Notes: generated by a model from the sequence alone, not told the origin. 64,000 nt of DNA from Candidatus Bathyarchaeota archaeon (GCA_963828195.1 CAWHDT010000005.1:832001-896000), one strand, 5' to 3'. Positions 10,101 to 19,890 are shown, counted from the stretch's first letter. Numbers and translations: made by a program.

Positions 10101-11608
10101 GCAACAGTGAAGCCGTTTGCGTCTTGAGCAGTGATAGTTACGGTGAAAGCCGTGCCAGCAATCTGCGAAGCACTAATGGGACTGACTGAAAAGCTTGCAA
10201 GAGGACCATACACCGTCAAAGTAGCAGTGTTAGATGTAACACTACCGATTGATGCAGTCACGGAGTAGATACCATCTGAAGGTTCAGTCACTGAATTTCT
10301 GGCAATCGAAGCACCATTAACACTGAAAGTGGCGGATGAGGTGACGTCGCCCATGCTGACACCGTTCTGGTCGTAACCCGTAGCCGTATAAATCTGAGAA
10401 CCGCCGACAGCAATAGTTGCAGGTGTCGGGCTAATCGTTATGCTCGTCAGAATGTGCGCGACAACGAAAGTAGCAGTTACAGTGCCAGCGCCATTAACAG
10501 TTGCAGTAGTAGAAGCCGAAGTCGCATCTGCAAAGGTAATTGATCCAGTCGCGCTCCAACCTGAAAACTGATAGTTAGTACCCGCAGTAGCAACAATCGA
10601 AACCGGTCCAGCGGGGATATTCTGAGTACCACTCGGCGATGTTGTTCCAGTGCCACTTGTGCCAAAAACCACCTGATACGTAATCTGAGTGAAAGTAGCA
10701 GTTACAGTGCCAGCGCCATTAACAGTTGCAGTAGTAGAAGCCGAAGTCGCATCTGCAAAGGTAATTGATCCAGTCGCGCTCCAACCCGAAAAAGTATATC
10801 CGCTGCCTACAGTAGCCTTGATGGTAACTGGTTGGCCTGCAGTGTAAGATCCACTGGTGCTCGGTGAAATTGTTGAACCACTTCCGCCGCCGCTTGTGGT
10901 GAAGCTTACCTGATAATCTGTCTGAGTGAAAGTAGCAGTTACAGTGCCTGCACCATTAACAGTTGCAGTAGTAGAAGCCGAAGTCGCATCTGCAAAGGTA
11001 ATTGATCCAGTCGCGCTCCAACCCGAAAAAGTATATCCGCTGCCTACAGTAGCGGAAATCTGAACTGGACCCGTGTAAGATGCAGTACCACTTGGGGAAA
11101 TTGTGGAAGAGCCTCCGCCACCGCTTTCAGCAAAAGTTACCGAATAGGATGTTCCGCCTGCGTAAGATGTGCCAGTAGTCGTCATGAATGTTCCGCTAGT
11201 TGTGACTACTTTGATTGTAACTGGTCCACTGGAGGACCAAGGAACAACAAGTGCTGCAGTTTGACCCTGAGCAATAGTTACTATTTGGCCGTTTGATGAT
11301 AAATCTCCAGTTGGCGTGACGGATGTTATGGGTACCAGCGTATCGTTTACGTATACGGCGCTAGCTGTATTGAGTTGCACGGCTCCTATGCCGGTGTTCT
11401 GTACATAAATAGTCAAGCTACCAGATGCTGAAGATAAACTCTGGATGTCTATGGCGTATCCTGCTTTGGTGGTGCCGCCGCCTATGTAACCCATTACCCA
11501 TGCATAGACAACAAGCGAAGCCACCACGGCAATCGCTATCAATAGCAAAACTGAAATTATAGGTGATATAGCCTTAATAGAATGTCTAAGTTTAGTTATT
11601 TTTCGCAA
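7163..11608 (-). CDS. Giant pilin-headed adhesin with tandem Ig-like and B-repeat-like domains
   Basis: Class III signal KA/ISPIISVLLLIAIAVV; 3 copies of SGWSATGSITFADATSASTTATVNGAGTVTATF; multiple Q-x-AG-x-x-F-x-x-TITAQD-x-x-GN repeats. Confidence 0.9.
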   Translation of the reverse strand: MRKITKLRHSIKAISPIISVLLLIAIAVVASLVVYAWVMGYIGGGTTKAGYAIDIQSLSSASGSLTIYVQNTGIGAVQLNTASAVYVNDTLVPITSVTPTGDLSSNGQIVTIAQGQTAALVVPWSSSGPVTIKVVTTSGTFMTTTGTSYAGGTSYSVTFAESGGGGSSTISPSGTASYTGPVQISATVGSGYTFSGWSATGSITFADATSASTTATVNGAGTVTATFTQTDYQVSFTTSGGGSGSTISPSTSGSYTAGQPVTIKATVGSGYTFSGWSATGSITFADATSASTTATVNGAGTVTATFTQITYQVVFGTSGTGTTSPSGTQNIPAGPVSIVATAGTNYQFSGWSATGSITFADATSASTTATVNGAGTVTATFVVAHILTSITISPTPATIAVGGSQIYTATGYDQNGVSMGDVTSSATFSVNGASIARNSVTEPSDGIYSVTASIGSVTSNTATLTVYGPLASFSVSPISASQIAGTAFTVTITAQDANGFTVANYAGSATLTDFSGSIGPISTGAFTNGVWTGQVTITKAWTNDVITVADSSSSAAGQSGLFTVNPGALATFAFSAISSPQIAGTSFSVTITAQDAYGNTITTYTGPATLTDLSGSVSPASATFTAGVWTSQVTVTKAWTNDVITVADSSSSATGQSGQFNVNPGALASFAFGTISSPQIAGTSFPVTITAQDAYGNTVTSYTGPATFSDLSNSITLSNTGSFTNGVYIGSVTITAAYTGDIITATDSGTLKTGQSNAFTVSGAAATQLVYTVGASQILPINTVSSVITVQLQDQYGNPVNAGTGGVTVTLTSNPATTATFYSNPTTKITTTPITITIPAGSSSASFYFSDSQYESPTLTAAATGVTGVTSAVTTFTVTQYQLIFVPNTATEPVGQGITEIQVQRETTGGAHYGGTAITVQLSTSSATGYFATLANGVYTKITQITVSNGFYYGQNYFYYIDTTAGTPTLTAATPGYTSGTAQFTIYSPTLSGFNITASSGGNIGTQATGEAFNIKITAVDQYGNAVTSYTGTNTLTASIGAISPTTTGSFVAGVWTGSVTLNTAGTISISTNDGNGHPGTSNTFTVYAPTLKDFTFTATGGYGGNIGTQAAGTAFSITITAYDQDGNVLTSYAGPYTLTDTSGSLTYTGSFNAGVLTASVTITKATTTDVITIKDTASGINAASNQFTVNHSATIAGITVAPSSASIAAGNTETYTATATDSYGNTWSVTTSVTWSITSGAGGSWSYYPGDNVYTSATAGTWTVTATDGTAKGTASLTVTAGTLSQFAITANGGGNIGTQTAGTAFNVVITAQDQYGNTVTSYAGPNTLTISTGTISPTSTGAFTAGVCTVSITLTKAGSFISISTSGSGKSGTSNTFTVNPGALYQFVFSTIGTTQTSGHAFTVASITAEDQDGNTITSLSGTETLAVTSGTITSSTSITFRDGVASEVSVTITLSPSSSVQLYITGYQNKQYSNAFTV
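10466..11053. repeat. Three near-identical intragenic DNA repeats (~96-133 bp cores)
   Basis: Cores at ~10466-10561, 10684-10816 and 10921-11053 differ by only a few bases. Confidence 0.9.
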
Positions 11609-11729
11609 AAAATTTTTTCTCCTTTTCTGTTTTGGAGAGAGAGTAATCGCTAAAATGCTTCTCTCCAGTTGAAGCTAGGTAACTTCGAGCAGTATATAAG
11701 GAAGGGTGGAGGATTGTTCCACAACCAAA
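11599..11729 (-). repeat. Right arm of 131-bp perfect inverted repeat (promoter/leader of adhesin gene)
   Basis: Exact reverse complement of 5342-5472. Confidence 0.97.
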
Positions 11730-11949
11730 CAAGCGCTACCAAAACCGCAAACTCAAGGTTCTTGCTCATTAAAAGGTCAGTGCTCAAAATTCTAAGCGAC
11801 GTTAATCGTGTGTCCTAACGGTGACTTGAACTTTATTTTTTAGGCAGTGGAAAGAACTGTCGTCAATTCGGCTTATTGAACCAAAAATGATAAACGGCAC
11901 CCGATGACAACAGTTAACTTATAATCTTAACTGTAAATAGGAAAGAAAC

Positions 11950-13527
11950 ATGAGCAAAGCTACAGAGATGGCAAGAGTTTCAGCTCGGGGCGGCTTTAAC
12001 ATTCTATGGGGATTAGTTGTTTCTACGTTGATCTCTGCTGTGGGCACTATAGCTATCACTTACATTTTGGGTGCGGAAAATTACGGTTTATACTCTATTG
12101 CAATCATTGGGCCCACATTAATCGCCACTTTCCGAGATTGGGGAGTCAACTCAGCTATGGTAAAGTACTCTGCTCAATACAACGCGGAAAACAACGACAA
12201 AATAAGAAGTATTTTTATTTCAGGCTTAATTTTTGAGGTCGTTTTAGGTTTATCGCTTTTCCTTCTTTCGTTTGGTCTCTCCCCCTTCTTAGCCTCAAGT
12301 CTTCATCGCCCCGCGATAGTTCCGTTAATCCAAATTGGCTCTATTTTCATCCTGACTGGCGCGCTGGTGAACACAGCATCAGCCGCATTCACTGGCATGG
12401 AGATAATGCATCTTTATAGTGTCATGCTGATAATCCAATCAATAATCAAAACTGCTCTCATAGTCGCATTGGTGCTTTTAGGGTTGGGCACTCTTGGAGC
12501 TATGATGGGTTTCACAACGGCTTCTCTGATCGCGGGGCTAACGGGCGTACTTTTAATGTGGACAGTTTACAAATCCTTGCCTAGGCCAATCAACAGCAAA
12601 CTCGAAATAATGGCAACAATTAAAACCATGTTGCAATTCGGTTTACCGGTTTCAATAGGCACCATAATTACAGGATTCCTAGCGGTATTCTACAGTTATA
12701 TTCTAGCATTCTATGTGACTAACAACGCAATAATCGGCAACTACAACTTAGCGATAAATTTCGTTGTTCTAATCACATTCTTCGCTACTCCCGTAACCAC
12801 AATGCTGTTTCCCGCATTCTCCAAACTTGATTACAAAAAAGACCATGAAACTTTAAAAAACGTTTTCCAGTATTCAGTAAAGTACGCCTCACTCATTGTC
12901 GTGCCAATTACAGTCTTGGTAATGACGCTTGCGCAACCCGCGATCGGCACCATATATCAAAACAGGTATACTGACGCTTCGTTGTTTTTGGTTTTGTTAT
13001 CGATTACTTATATTTATACTGCTTTCGGAAACTTGAGTGTATCCAATTTGATAAACGGGCAAGGTTACCCAGGATACAACATGAAATTGTCTATTCTGAC
13101 TGTTGTGATAGGTTTCCCAGTGAGTTTTCTGTTGATTTCTAACTTCGGCGTCTTAGGCTTAATTGTTACTTCCTTAACAGTTGGCTTACCCAGCTTGTTC
13201 ATAAGTTTAAGATTTATCAAAAATAAGTTCGGCGTATCGGTAGATTGGGTTTCATCCGCGAAGATTCTTCTTTCGTCTGCAGTAACTGGAGTTTTAACTT
13301 ACCTTCTGATTTCCCAATTGGCTTTTTCTAATCCTGTAAGACTTGTGATAGGCGTAGTTGCCTTTGTTTTCATCTTCGTAGCCGCAACGCTTCTTACTAG
13401 ATCCATTAACAAAACCGACGTGGCGAGTCTTCGACAAATCGTTAATGTGATGGGGCCACTTCGCAGACCATTGGGCTTTCTGCTAAATATAATTGAGAAA
13501 TTAATGAAAATTCTTCACACAAATTGA
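11950..13527 (+). CDS. Oligosaccharide flippase (Wzx/MOP family)
   Basis: LGAENYGLY, DWGVNSAMVKY and LFPAFSKL motifs; many TM segments; upstream of rml genes. Confidence 0.9.
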   Translation: MSKATEMARVSARGGFNILWGLVVSTLISAVGTIAITYILGAENYGLYSIAIIGPTLIATFRDWGVNSAMVKYSAQYNAENNDKIRSIFISGLIFEVVLGLSLFLLSFGLSPFLASSLHRPAIVPLIQIGSIFILTGALVNTASAAFTGMEIMHLYSVMLIIQSIIKTALIVALVLLGLGTLGAMMGFTTASLIAGLTGVLLMWTVYKSLPRPINSKLEIMATIKTMLQFGLPVSIGTIITGFLAVFYSYILAFYVTNNAIIGNYNLAINFVVLITFFATPVTTMLFPAFSKLDYKKDHETLKNVFQYSVKYASLIVVPITVLVMTLAQPAIGTIYQNRYTDASLFLVLLSITYIYTAFGNLSVSNLINGQGYPGYNMKLSILTVVIGFPVSFLLISNFGVLGLIVTSLTVGLPSLFISLRFIKNKFGVSVDWVSSAKILLSSAVTGVLTYLLISQLAFSNPVRLVIGVVAFVFIFVAATLLTRSINKTDVASLRQIVNVMGPLRRPLGFLLNIIEKLMKILHTN

Positions 13528-13569
13528 ATGGGTGAAAAAGCTGCCGCAAGTCAAGTCATTTAAAAAGAT

Positions 13570-13764
13570 TTACTGTAACAGTTGGGCTTCAACTATGTTT
13601 TCTTCTTTTTCCGTGGAGAACTTTCTCTGTGCTAAGCTGGCTAGGATCCTGTATTTACCGCAGTAACTTCCGCCGACGTGCGTGCACGTGTAGCTTGAGC
13701 TAGAGTAAAGGCTGCATGAACGAGTGAACCTGCATTTATTTTCCTGTTTGTGAAAAGGCGACAA
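13570..13764 (-). CDS. Small Cys-rich hypothetical protein
   Basis: Four Cys in C-x5-C-x9-C-x7-C spacing; lies in an otherwise empty intergenic gap. Confidence 0.4.
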   Translation of the reverse strand: MSPFHKQENKCRFTRSCSLYSSSSYTCTHVGGSYCGKYRILASLAQRKFSTEKEENIVEAQLLQ

Positions 13765-13952
13765 TACATTTCTTTTAAGTATTGGTTTCGTTAAATTTCA
13801 CCTTGAAAAGAAATCTCTGCTATGCTATTTCTTTCCAATCGCTAATATGACTATGTGGTTGTGCAATCACAGCCACAATCGAGTTTCAATGTAAACTTTT
13901 TTAAGTGATAATGCCCTGTGATAATTAAATAGCTTTACCCTAAGTGATTATT

Positions 13953-15011
13953 ATGAAAGCACTTGTTCTCAGCGGCGGAAAAGGAACCAGACTTAGACCT
14001 TTAACTTTCACCTGCGCTAAACAGCTTATTCCAGTAGCTAACAAGCCCATATTGGGGTATGTTCTTGACCAGGTGGCATCTACCAAAATTAAAAAGGTCG
14101 GCATTATAACTGCGCCCGAGACTGGACAGTTCGTTAAGGACTACGTTGCTGACGGCTCAAACTGGAACCTTAAAGTCAACTATATTCCTCAGGAACCGCT
14201 TGGTTTAGCACACGCAGTCAAGACTGCAGGTCGTTTTTTAGGGAAGGATTCTTTCGTCATGTGTCTAGGAGATAACGTTACAGGTCAAGGCTTGAATTCG
14301 TTCGTTAAAAAATTCAAGAGTGAACATCTTGATGGCCTTATTATCCTGAAAGAAGTCGAGAATCCGTCGAGTTTCGGCATCGCTCAGCTCGACGACAAAG
14401 GCAATATTACAAAGTTAGTAGAAAAGCCTAAAACGCCGATGGGGAACCTTGCGATCATTGGCACTTACCTTTTTACCAACAAGGTTCATCAAGCTATCGA
14501 GAGAATAAAGCCGTCTTGGCGGGGAGAACTGGAAATTACCGATGCAATCCAAGAAATGATAAATATGGGTTTTACGGTTAAAGCCGAAATCTTAGATTCC
14601 TGGTGGCTTGACACAGGCAAAAAAGACGATATTTTGTCGGCTAACGCTCGAATATTAGATGAATATGCAGAACGCGACATCAAAGGAACATTAACCAACA
14701 GCGTTGTAGACGGCAGGGTTAAACTGGAAATTGGAGCAAAAATAGTGAACAGCACTGTTAGGGGGCCATGCGCAATTGGAAAGGACGCGTTGATTGAAAA
14801 CTCCTTCATCGGGCCCTACACAAGCATAGGCAATGCCTCGGAAATTATTAATTCTAACCTTCAGTATTGCGTTATACAAGAAAACGTTGTCGTTAAAGAT
14901 GTGGAGCGGCTCGAGGATAGTTTAATCGGCAAAAATGCGAAGGTGACGAGAAATCAAAGGAACAGAACCATCAAGTTGCACGTTGGCGATTACTCAGAAG
15001 TGGAAGTTTAG
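13953..15011 (+). CDS. rmlA: Glucose-1-phosphate thymidylyltransferase (long form)
   Basis: MKALVLSGGKGTRLRPLT, KQLIPVANKP, PSWRGELEITDA, WLDTG; C-terminal hexapeptide region. Confidence 0.95.
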   Translation: MKALVLSGGKGTRLRPLTFTCAKQLIPVANKPILGYVLDQVASTKIKKVGIITAPETGQFVKDYVADGSNWNLKVNYIPQEPLGLAHAVKTAGRFLGKDSFVMCLGDNVTGQGLNSFVKKFKSEHLDGLIILKEVENPSSFGIAQLDDKGNITKLVEKPKTPMGNLAIIGTYLFTNKVHQAIERIKPSWRGELEITDAIQEMINMGFTVKAEILDSWWLDTGKKDDILSANARILDEYAERDIKGTLTNSVVDGRVKLEIGAKIVNSTVRGPCAIGKDALIENSFIGPYTSIGNASEIINSNLQYCVIQENVVVKDVERLEDSLIGKNAKVTRNQRNRTIKLHVGDYSEVEV

Positions 15012-15073
15012 CCCGAGAGAATAACAACTATTATAAATATTTTTAAAACATATGTTAAACAAGCAAGCGAGGG

Positions 15074-15583
15074 ATGTTAACGTTAAAAGGGATAAGAATT
15101 AAACCGATATGTCGATTACCCGACGAAAGAGGCTTCTTCACCGAAGTTATGCGTACCGATTGGAAAGACCTGTTTGAAGAAGACACAATTGCACAAGCAA
15201 ACCATTCGGTCACTTACCCCAACATCATCCGCGCTTGGCATAGGCACCTTAAAGGGCAAACAGACTATTTTTTAGCTCTGAAGGGGTTAATAAAAATCTG
15301 TGCGTTCGATGAAAAAACTGAAGAAATAAACGAGATTGTCTCGAGCGCTTTAAAGCTGCAGGTCGTCCGCATTCCCGGTCACTACTGGCACGGCTTCAAA
15401 GCACTCGGCGATGAACCCGCCATGCTACTGTACTTCACCACCAACCTATACGACCCCGCTAATCCTGATGAAGAACGGCGACTTTGGAATGACCAAACCA
15501 TTGTTCCCAAAATCGTCAACGGCAAGAAGAACGATGCACGCGTCGGTAAACCTTGGGATTGGAATTATCCCCCTCATAGGTGA
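15074..15583 (+). CDS. rmlC: dTDP-4-dehydrorhamnose 3,5-epimerase family
   Basis: DERGFFTE, IIRAWHRH, IPGHYWHGF cupin motifs. Confidence 0.9.
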   Translation: MLTLKGIRIKPICRLPDERGFFTEVMRTDWKDLFEEDTIAQANHSVTYPNIIRAWHRHLKGQTDYFLALKGLIKICAFDEKTEEINEIVSSALKLQVVRIPGHYWHGFKALGDEPAMLLYFTTNLYDPANPDEERRLWNDQTIVPKIVNGKKNDARVGKPWDWNYPPHR

Positions 15584-15588
15584 TAATT

Positions 15589-16596
15589 ATGAAACTGTTA
15601 GTTACTGGCGGTTTAGGATTCATCGGAAGCAACTTCTGCAGGTACATGCTTGCAAAGTATCCTGATTGCGAGTTGATAAACGTTAACAAGATAGGCATAG
15701 GAGCTAACCCAGCTAGCCTTCACGACGTCGAAAACGACAAAAGATACACTTTCATAAAAGGCGACATTTGCAATCCGCTGCTCATAAACAGGCTGATTCA
15801 CCAAGTGGACGCAGTTGTAAACATCGCTGCTGAAACTCACGTGGACCGAAGCATCGCTGACCCCAACGTGTTTTTGCAGAATAATACGGTTGGCACATTT
15901 ACAATTCTTGAAGGGATACGCAGGCACAATCACAAGGCGCGGCTCCTGCAGGTGTCCACTGACGAGGTATACGGCGAAGCACTTGAAGGTTCATTCACCG
16001 AGAATACTCCGCCCAAGCCATCTAATCCCTATTCAGCCGCAAAAGCTGCCGCCGACATGTTCGTGCTATCCTACTACAAAACTTACAACTTGAACGTGTC
16101 CATCACACGTTGCACAAATAATTTTGGTCCATATCAACTTCCAGAAAAGCTGATTCCCAAAACAATTATCCGAGGGCTAAGGAATCTTCCGATCCCGATT
16201 TATGGGTCTGGGCAAAACATCCGCGACTGGATTTACGTTCAAGATCACTGCGAAGCAATTGCAACAGTTCTTGAGAAGGGAAACGCTGGGGAAGTGTACA
16301 ATATTTCAGCTGGAAACGAAATTCCAAACATCGAGATCGCAAAAAAAATTGTCGCCTTGCTGCATAAACCAGAGAGTCTGATTACCTTTGTGGAAGATCG
16401 CCCCGGACATGATGTGCGGTACAGTTTGGATTCTTCAAAATTGAGGTCCACTTTGGGTTGGCAGCCCAAGTGCAGTTTTGATGCTTCTTTGGAGTCAACT
16501 GTTCGCTGGTACCTTGAAAATGAGCATTGGTGGACGCCGTTTGCCACAGAGGTAATTCTTCACCCTACACCCTGGAAGATAGGGGGTCTACATTGA
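15589..16596 (+). CDS. rmlB: dTDP-glucose 4,6-dehydratase
   Basis: TGGLGFIGSNF, AAETHVDRSI, STDEVYG, YSAAK, DRPGHDVRY. Confidence 0.95.
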   Translation: MKLLVTGGLGFIGSNFCRYMLAKYPDCELINVNKIGIGANPASLHDVENDKRYTFIKGDICNPLLINRLIHQVDAVVNIAAETHVDRSIADPNVFLQNNTVGTFTILEGIRRHNHKARLLQVSTDEVYGEALEGSFTENTPPKPSNPYSAAKAAADMFVLSYYKTYNLNVSITRCTNNFGPYQLPEKLIPKTIIRGLRNLPIPIYGSGQNIRDWIYVQDHCEAIATVLEKGNAGEVYNISAGNEIPNIEIAKKIVALLHKPESLITFVEDRPGHDVRYSLDSSKLRSTLGWQPKCSFDASLESTVRWYLENEHWWTPFATEVILHPTPWKIGGLH

Positions 16597-17486
16597 AGCT
16601 CCTAATCACTGGCGCCAGTGGTCTCTACGGCTCCAAATTAGCTGAGCTTGCTATCGCAAGAAATTTTGAGGTTTATTCCTGTGACGTTCAGGAGATGCCT
16701 GTTTGTGGCAATTTTGTAAAGTTTGACGTTTCAAATTGGGAGCTGGTTAATGAAGCATTTAAACGGGTTAAACCCGACTTTGTGGTTCACGCAGCTACCC
16801 TTACCGACGTGGATAAGTGTGAGTTGAACAAGGAGCTTGCTTGGAAAATAAATGTTGAAGGAACAAAAAACATCGTGGAAGCAGCGAAAGACGCAGGTTC
16901 TTTTCTGATTTATATTTCAACCGATTACGTTTTCAACGGTGAAAAAGGCAACTACACAGAATCAGATGCCCCTGACCCCATCAACTATTACGGGTTAACC
17001 AAACTTAAAGCTGAAGAACTGGTGAAAACCCAATCGGAATATTTTATTGCGCGGCCAAGCGTAATTTACGGTTCAACTCCAGCCGCTGGAAAAGTCAACT
17101 TTGCTCTCTGGCTAATCGACTCCCTAAGAAAAGGCGAACGGGTTAAAATTGTAACTGACCAGTGGAATACGCCCACGTTGAACACCAATTTGGCTGAAAT
17201 GACACTTGAAGTTATCGAGCGCAGATTGACTGGAACTTTTCATCTTTGCGGTGCAACGCGGGTTAGTCGTTTCGACTTTGCTGCTTTAATCGCTGAAGTT
17301 TTTGGTTTGGATAAGAGCCTGATTGATTCGGTTTTGTCTTCGCAGTTTAAGTGGCCTGCTAAGCGTCCGATGGATTCGTCGCTTGACACATCCAAGGCTC
17401 AGAACATTTTGCGAAATAGACCTCTTGAGCTCCACGAAGCTTTGAAACAGCTAAAATTCGAGCTTTCACGGAAAAAATCAAAATGA
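16593..17486 (+). CDS. rmlD: dTDP-4-dehydrorhamnose reductase
   Basis: TTG start overlaps the rmlB stop; ITGASG, YISTDYVFNG, YGLTK, AKRP. Confidence 0.93.
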   Translation: MKLLITGASGLYGSKLAELAIARNFEVYSCDVQEMPVCGNFVKFDVSNWELVNEAFKRVKPDFVVHAATLTDVDKCELNKELAWKINVEGTKNIVEAAKDAGSFLIYISTDYVFNGEKGNYTESDAPDPINYYGLTKLKAEELVKTQSEYFIARPSVIYGSTPAAGKVNFALWLIDSLRKGERVKIVTDQWNTPTLNTNLAEMTLEVIERRLTGTFHLCGATRVSRFDFAALIAEVFGLDKSLIDSVLSSQFKWPAKRPMDSSLDTSKAQNILRNRPLELHEALKQLKFELSRKKSK

Positions 17487-17595
17487 AAATTTTAAGCCTG
17501 ACCCGAACAATAAGCTTAAAAAAACTTGTTAGCGTGCCAAGTTTTCCATGAGTTTAACGGAAGTGTTATGTGTAGGCTCACCTATCTTTCGGCTG

Positions 17596-17955
17596 ATGAA
17601 ACAGACCAACGTTAAGCAGATCGCTAGGCAACGGATCCAAATACTCTTTGGGCAAGCAAAACAAATCGGCAAACTTAATCCTCAGTTAGCTACGCGGTAC
17701 GTCAAATCTGCAAGGCGGATTGCTATGGCTGCCAGAATTCGTTTGCCTGCGGATTTTAGGCGTGAAACCTGCAAAAACTGCAATTCTCTGTTCGTGCAAG
17801 GATATAATTGTCGGGTTAGGATAAAGCAGAAAAGAGAGCCTCACATCGTAATAACATGTTTAAACTGCGGCAACCAAACGCGGATGTTGTTGGGTAAGAA
17901 AAAGGAGAAAAAAGAGTTTGAGCAAAATAACCACCAGAATGAAACGGCATGTTAA
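17596..17955 (+). CDS. rnp4: Ribonuclease P protein component 4 (Rpp21)
   Basis: IARQRIQILF, CKNC...CLNCG zinc ribbon; conserved position before yhbY. Confidence 0.9.
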   Translation: MKQTNVKQIARQRIQILFGQAKQIGKLNPQLATRYVKSARRIAMAARIRLPADFRRETCKNCNSLFVQGYNCRVRIKQKREPHIVITCLNCGNQTRMLLGKKKEKKEFEQNNHQNETAC

Positions 17956-18217
17956 ACACGTATTGAAAGATGAGAATCCAACCATTTGGGTTGGCAAAGA
18001 CGGCTTGACACCTCAGTTGATATGTGAAATTGAAAAGCAGCTCCAACAGAACAAGATGGTTAAGGTCAGAATTTTGCCTGCAGCTTTGACTGGAGACAAT
18101 ACTGCTCCGGTGATAGCCGCCAAGGCTGCCGAACAATCTGGCTCTGCACTGGTTGAATGCAGAGGACACGTGTTTATCCTCTTCAGAAAACGCAAAACGG
18201 CAGAACCAACAGAGTAA
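17918..18217 (+). CDS. yhbY: YhbY/CRM-domain RNA-binding protein
   Basis: PTIWVGKDGLT...MVKVRI...RGHVFILFR. Confidence 0.9.
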   Translation: MSKITTRMKRHVKHVLKDENPTIWVGKDGLTPQLICEIEKQLQQNKMVKVRILPAALTGDNTAPVIAAKAAEQSGSALVECRGHVFILFRKRKTAEPTE

Positions 18218-18294
18218 AGTTGGGGCGCCAAGAATTCAACACTCAAATCCTTTCACTCAACAGATTAAAACTATCCAACTGAGCTGAACAATAT

Positions 18295-19332
18295 TTGGCA
18301 AGCACACGACAAATAAGTAAAGCGAGGGTGTGGTGGCTGGCCTTCCGCTATCATTTTGTGCCTCCCAGCATTTTTCCCGCCGTTTTAGGTGGCTTAGTCA
18401 GTTGGGCATCCAACGAGGGGTTTATTCCGTTTTATTTTCTGCTTGTGCTCGTCGCCATCATCATCAACCACATCGCGCTGAACATGACTGACGATTACTT
18501 CGATTTCAAACATAGCGTAGACAAACTTAAGCCGAACGAAAAAAACCCTTATACAGGCGGCAGTGGCACCCTAAGCAGCGGTCTTCTATCGCCTAAAAGT
18601 ATGTTTAAAGCATTTACAATTTGTTATTTAATCACCATCGCAATTGGCGTCTACCTGACCTTGACCAGAGGCTTACCTATTTTAGCATTCGGGCTTATCG
18701 GGGTCTTCTGCGCTGTCTTCTACACCGCCCCGCCCATAAGCTTCGGCCACCACGGTTTAGGTGAACTTGCTATGCTAGTAAGCTTTGGTCCAGTAATCGG
18801 TTTAGGAGCCTTTTTTGTGGAAGCTCGCACTGTAACGCTGCAAGCGTTCTTTGCAACTCTGCCTCTTGGAATTATGTTATTCTCCATGATTGCCATAAAC
18901 GAAATTCCCGACGTTAAAGAGGACCGAGCTGCGGGGAAACTCACTCTGGTGGCGAGGTACGGCAAAAAAGCGGGCGCAAAACTCTACGTTGCCAGCTGGG
19001 TCTGCACATACGCAGTAATTGTAGGTTCAGTGGCGTTTGGTATTCTTCCGATTTACACACTTCTTGCTTTGCTTGCATTGCCCCTCGTATACCGCTCAAT
19101 TAGGATACTGCGGCAAAACATTGATGACCCAAGGCGCATGGCTCCTGCAAACCTTGACATGATAAAAGCCCACAGCATCACCGCCTTCGGTTTAATCGCA
19201 GGCTACGCAATCCAAGGGCTGCTAAATAAGGCAGCGCCATTTCAATTAATAGTCATTTTAGTGCTGCTCGCCGTCGCCTATGCTCCAGTGGCGTGGTTGC
19301 TTCTCAACACAAAGAAAAAACTTGAACCTTAG
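18295..19332 (+). CDS. menA: MenA-like (UbiA family) prenyltransferase
   Basis: DDYFD, YTGGSG, YTAPP, NEIPDVKEDRAAGKLTL; multi-TM. Confidence 0.82.
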   Translation: MASTRQISKARVWWLAFRYHFVPPSIFPAVLGGLVSWASNEGFIPFYFLLVLVAIIINHIALNMTDDYFDFKHSVDKLKPNEKNPYTGGSGTLSSGLLSPKSMFKAFTICYLITIAIGVYLTLTRGLPILAFGLIGVFCAVFYTAPPISFGHHGLGELAMLVSFGPVIGLGAFFVEARTVTLQAFFATLPLGIMLFSMIAINEIPDVKEDRAAGKLTLVARYGKKAGAKLYVASWVCTYAVIVGSVAFGILPIYTLLALLALPLVYRSIRILRQNIDDPRRMAPANLDMIKAHSITAFGLIAGYAIQGLLNKAAPFQLIVILVLLAVAYAPVAWLLLNTKKKLEP

Positions 19333-19334
19333 AG

Positions 19335-19640
19335 TCACGTCGAATCTTCATTGTCTGAAGCTGTCGATTCCGCCGCTGCTTTCTTACAGCTTAGCCCTTT
19401 TTGCGGACTCAATGCAATTGAGGTTATTGTGCTCTTCACGCCCCTGATCTTCATGATCTTGTTTTTTAATACATCGCTTAATTCCTCAATATCTGACGCG
19501 CATACAAGCATCACAAGGTCGTATTCTCCTGTTACCTCATAGAGTTCCTCAACGGCATCTATTTCGAGGAGGGATTGAACCACTTCATCCATAAGCGTTG
19601 ATTCAACAAAAATGTTTACAAATGCATACAATTCATGCAT
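19335..19640 (-). CDS. Lrp/AsnC ligand-binding (RAM) domain protein
   Basis: YEVTGEYDL...IRGVKSTIT; no HTH. Confidence 0.85.
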   Translation of the reverse strand: MHELYAFVNIFVESTLMDEVVQSLLEIDAVEELYEVTGEYDLVMLVCASDIEELSDVLKNKIMKIRGVKSTITSIALSPQKGLSCKKAAAESTASDNEDST

Positions 19641-19890
19641 CTATTTCTCAGCAACCATCATAGCTTCTTCGATTTTCAACTAGGTAAAGACAGTATTGTA
19701 CTTTTCTATACGCTCTCTCGCCGTTTCCTGGCTTTAAGTTGCTTAAGTTAAGGTTGACTGGAACTTCTTTCGCTCTTCCGTTTTACTGTTAACCAAATAA
19801 AACATCCGCCCCCCTCCCTACTATTTACAATCAAATCTGCTAGGTAAAAAGCAACACAAACACTCAGGCACTACTCATCAATCATCTGCC

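Noticed and set aside
10466-11053. Regularly spaced near-identical repeats as possible CRISPR or DGR template
   Set aside because: In-frame protein domain repeats; no cas or reverse transcriptase gene and no adenine-specific variation.
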